Origin: a virus
Lineage: Duplodnaviria; Caudoviricetes
DNA length: 55,767 nt
Virus record (IMG/VR): IMGVR_UViG_3300021197_000751
Span: 1-55,767 of that record
Reading direction: 5' to 3' (one strand)
A program made the position numbers and the translations under genes. The notes beneath the pieces are model-generated. The model searched no databases. It saw nothing but the letters and a program-made list of their open reading frames with translations, and was not told where the DNA came from. This document shows positions 55,759 through 55,767 of the stretch, piece by piece (within the stretch, counting starts at the first letter, position 1; every line of letters begins with the position of its first letter).

Positions 55759-55767
55759 ATGCCTTGC

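Noticed and set aside
1-55767. tRNA, rRNA, integrase or transposase genes
   Set aside because: None were recognised, and the window is almost fully protein-coding.

Overview
This window is the morphogenesis region of a large head-tail dsDNA virus (Caudoviricetes). It most likely infects marine Thermoplasmatota archaea (Poseidoniales/Marine Group II 'magrovirus'-like). That host call is inferred from the GGTGA-type Shine-Dalgarno motifs, a ligase-like ORF next to the prohead protease and the overall gene order; it was not checked against a database. Nearly all genes are on the minus strand. From right to left: a ~2490-aa protein; a six-gene cassette of membrane and low-complexity proteins around an Arf-like small GTPase; a probable TerS; three low-complexity proteins; TerL; a LAGLIDADG fusion protein; portal; three small head proteins; a 2081-aa protein with a degenerate ATP-dependent ligase domain; prohead protease/scaffold; HK97-type MCP; neck proteins; tail tube; tail chaperones joined by a predicted -1 frameshift; tape measure; distal tail protein; and a >4060-aa LamG-containing tail protein that runs off the left edge and is missing from the ORF track. 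The main leads are the GTPase/membrane cassette, a recurring 'AW..LK' / hydrophobic-Lys motif that may mark capsid cargo or protease sites, the pseudo-ligase, the CGCTA array with window-wide enrichment, and apparent avoidance of several 4-mers.
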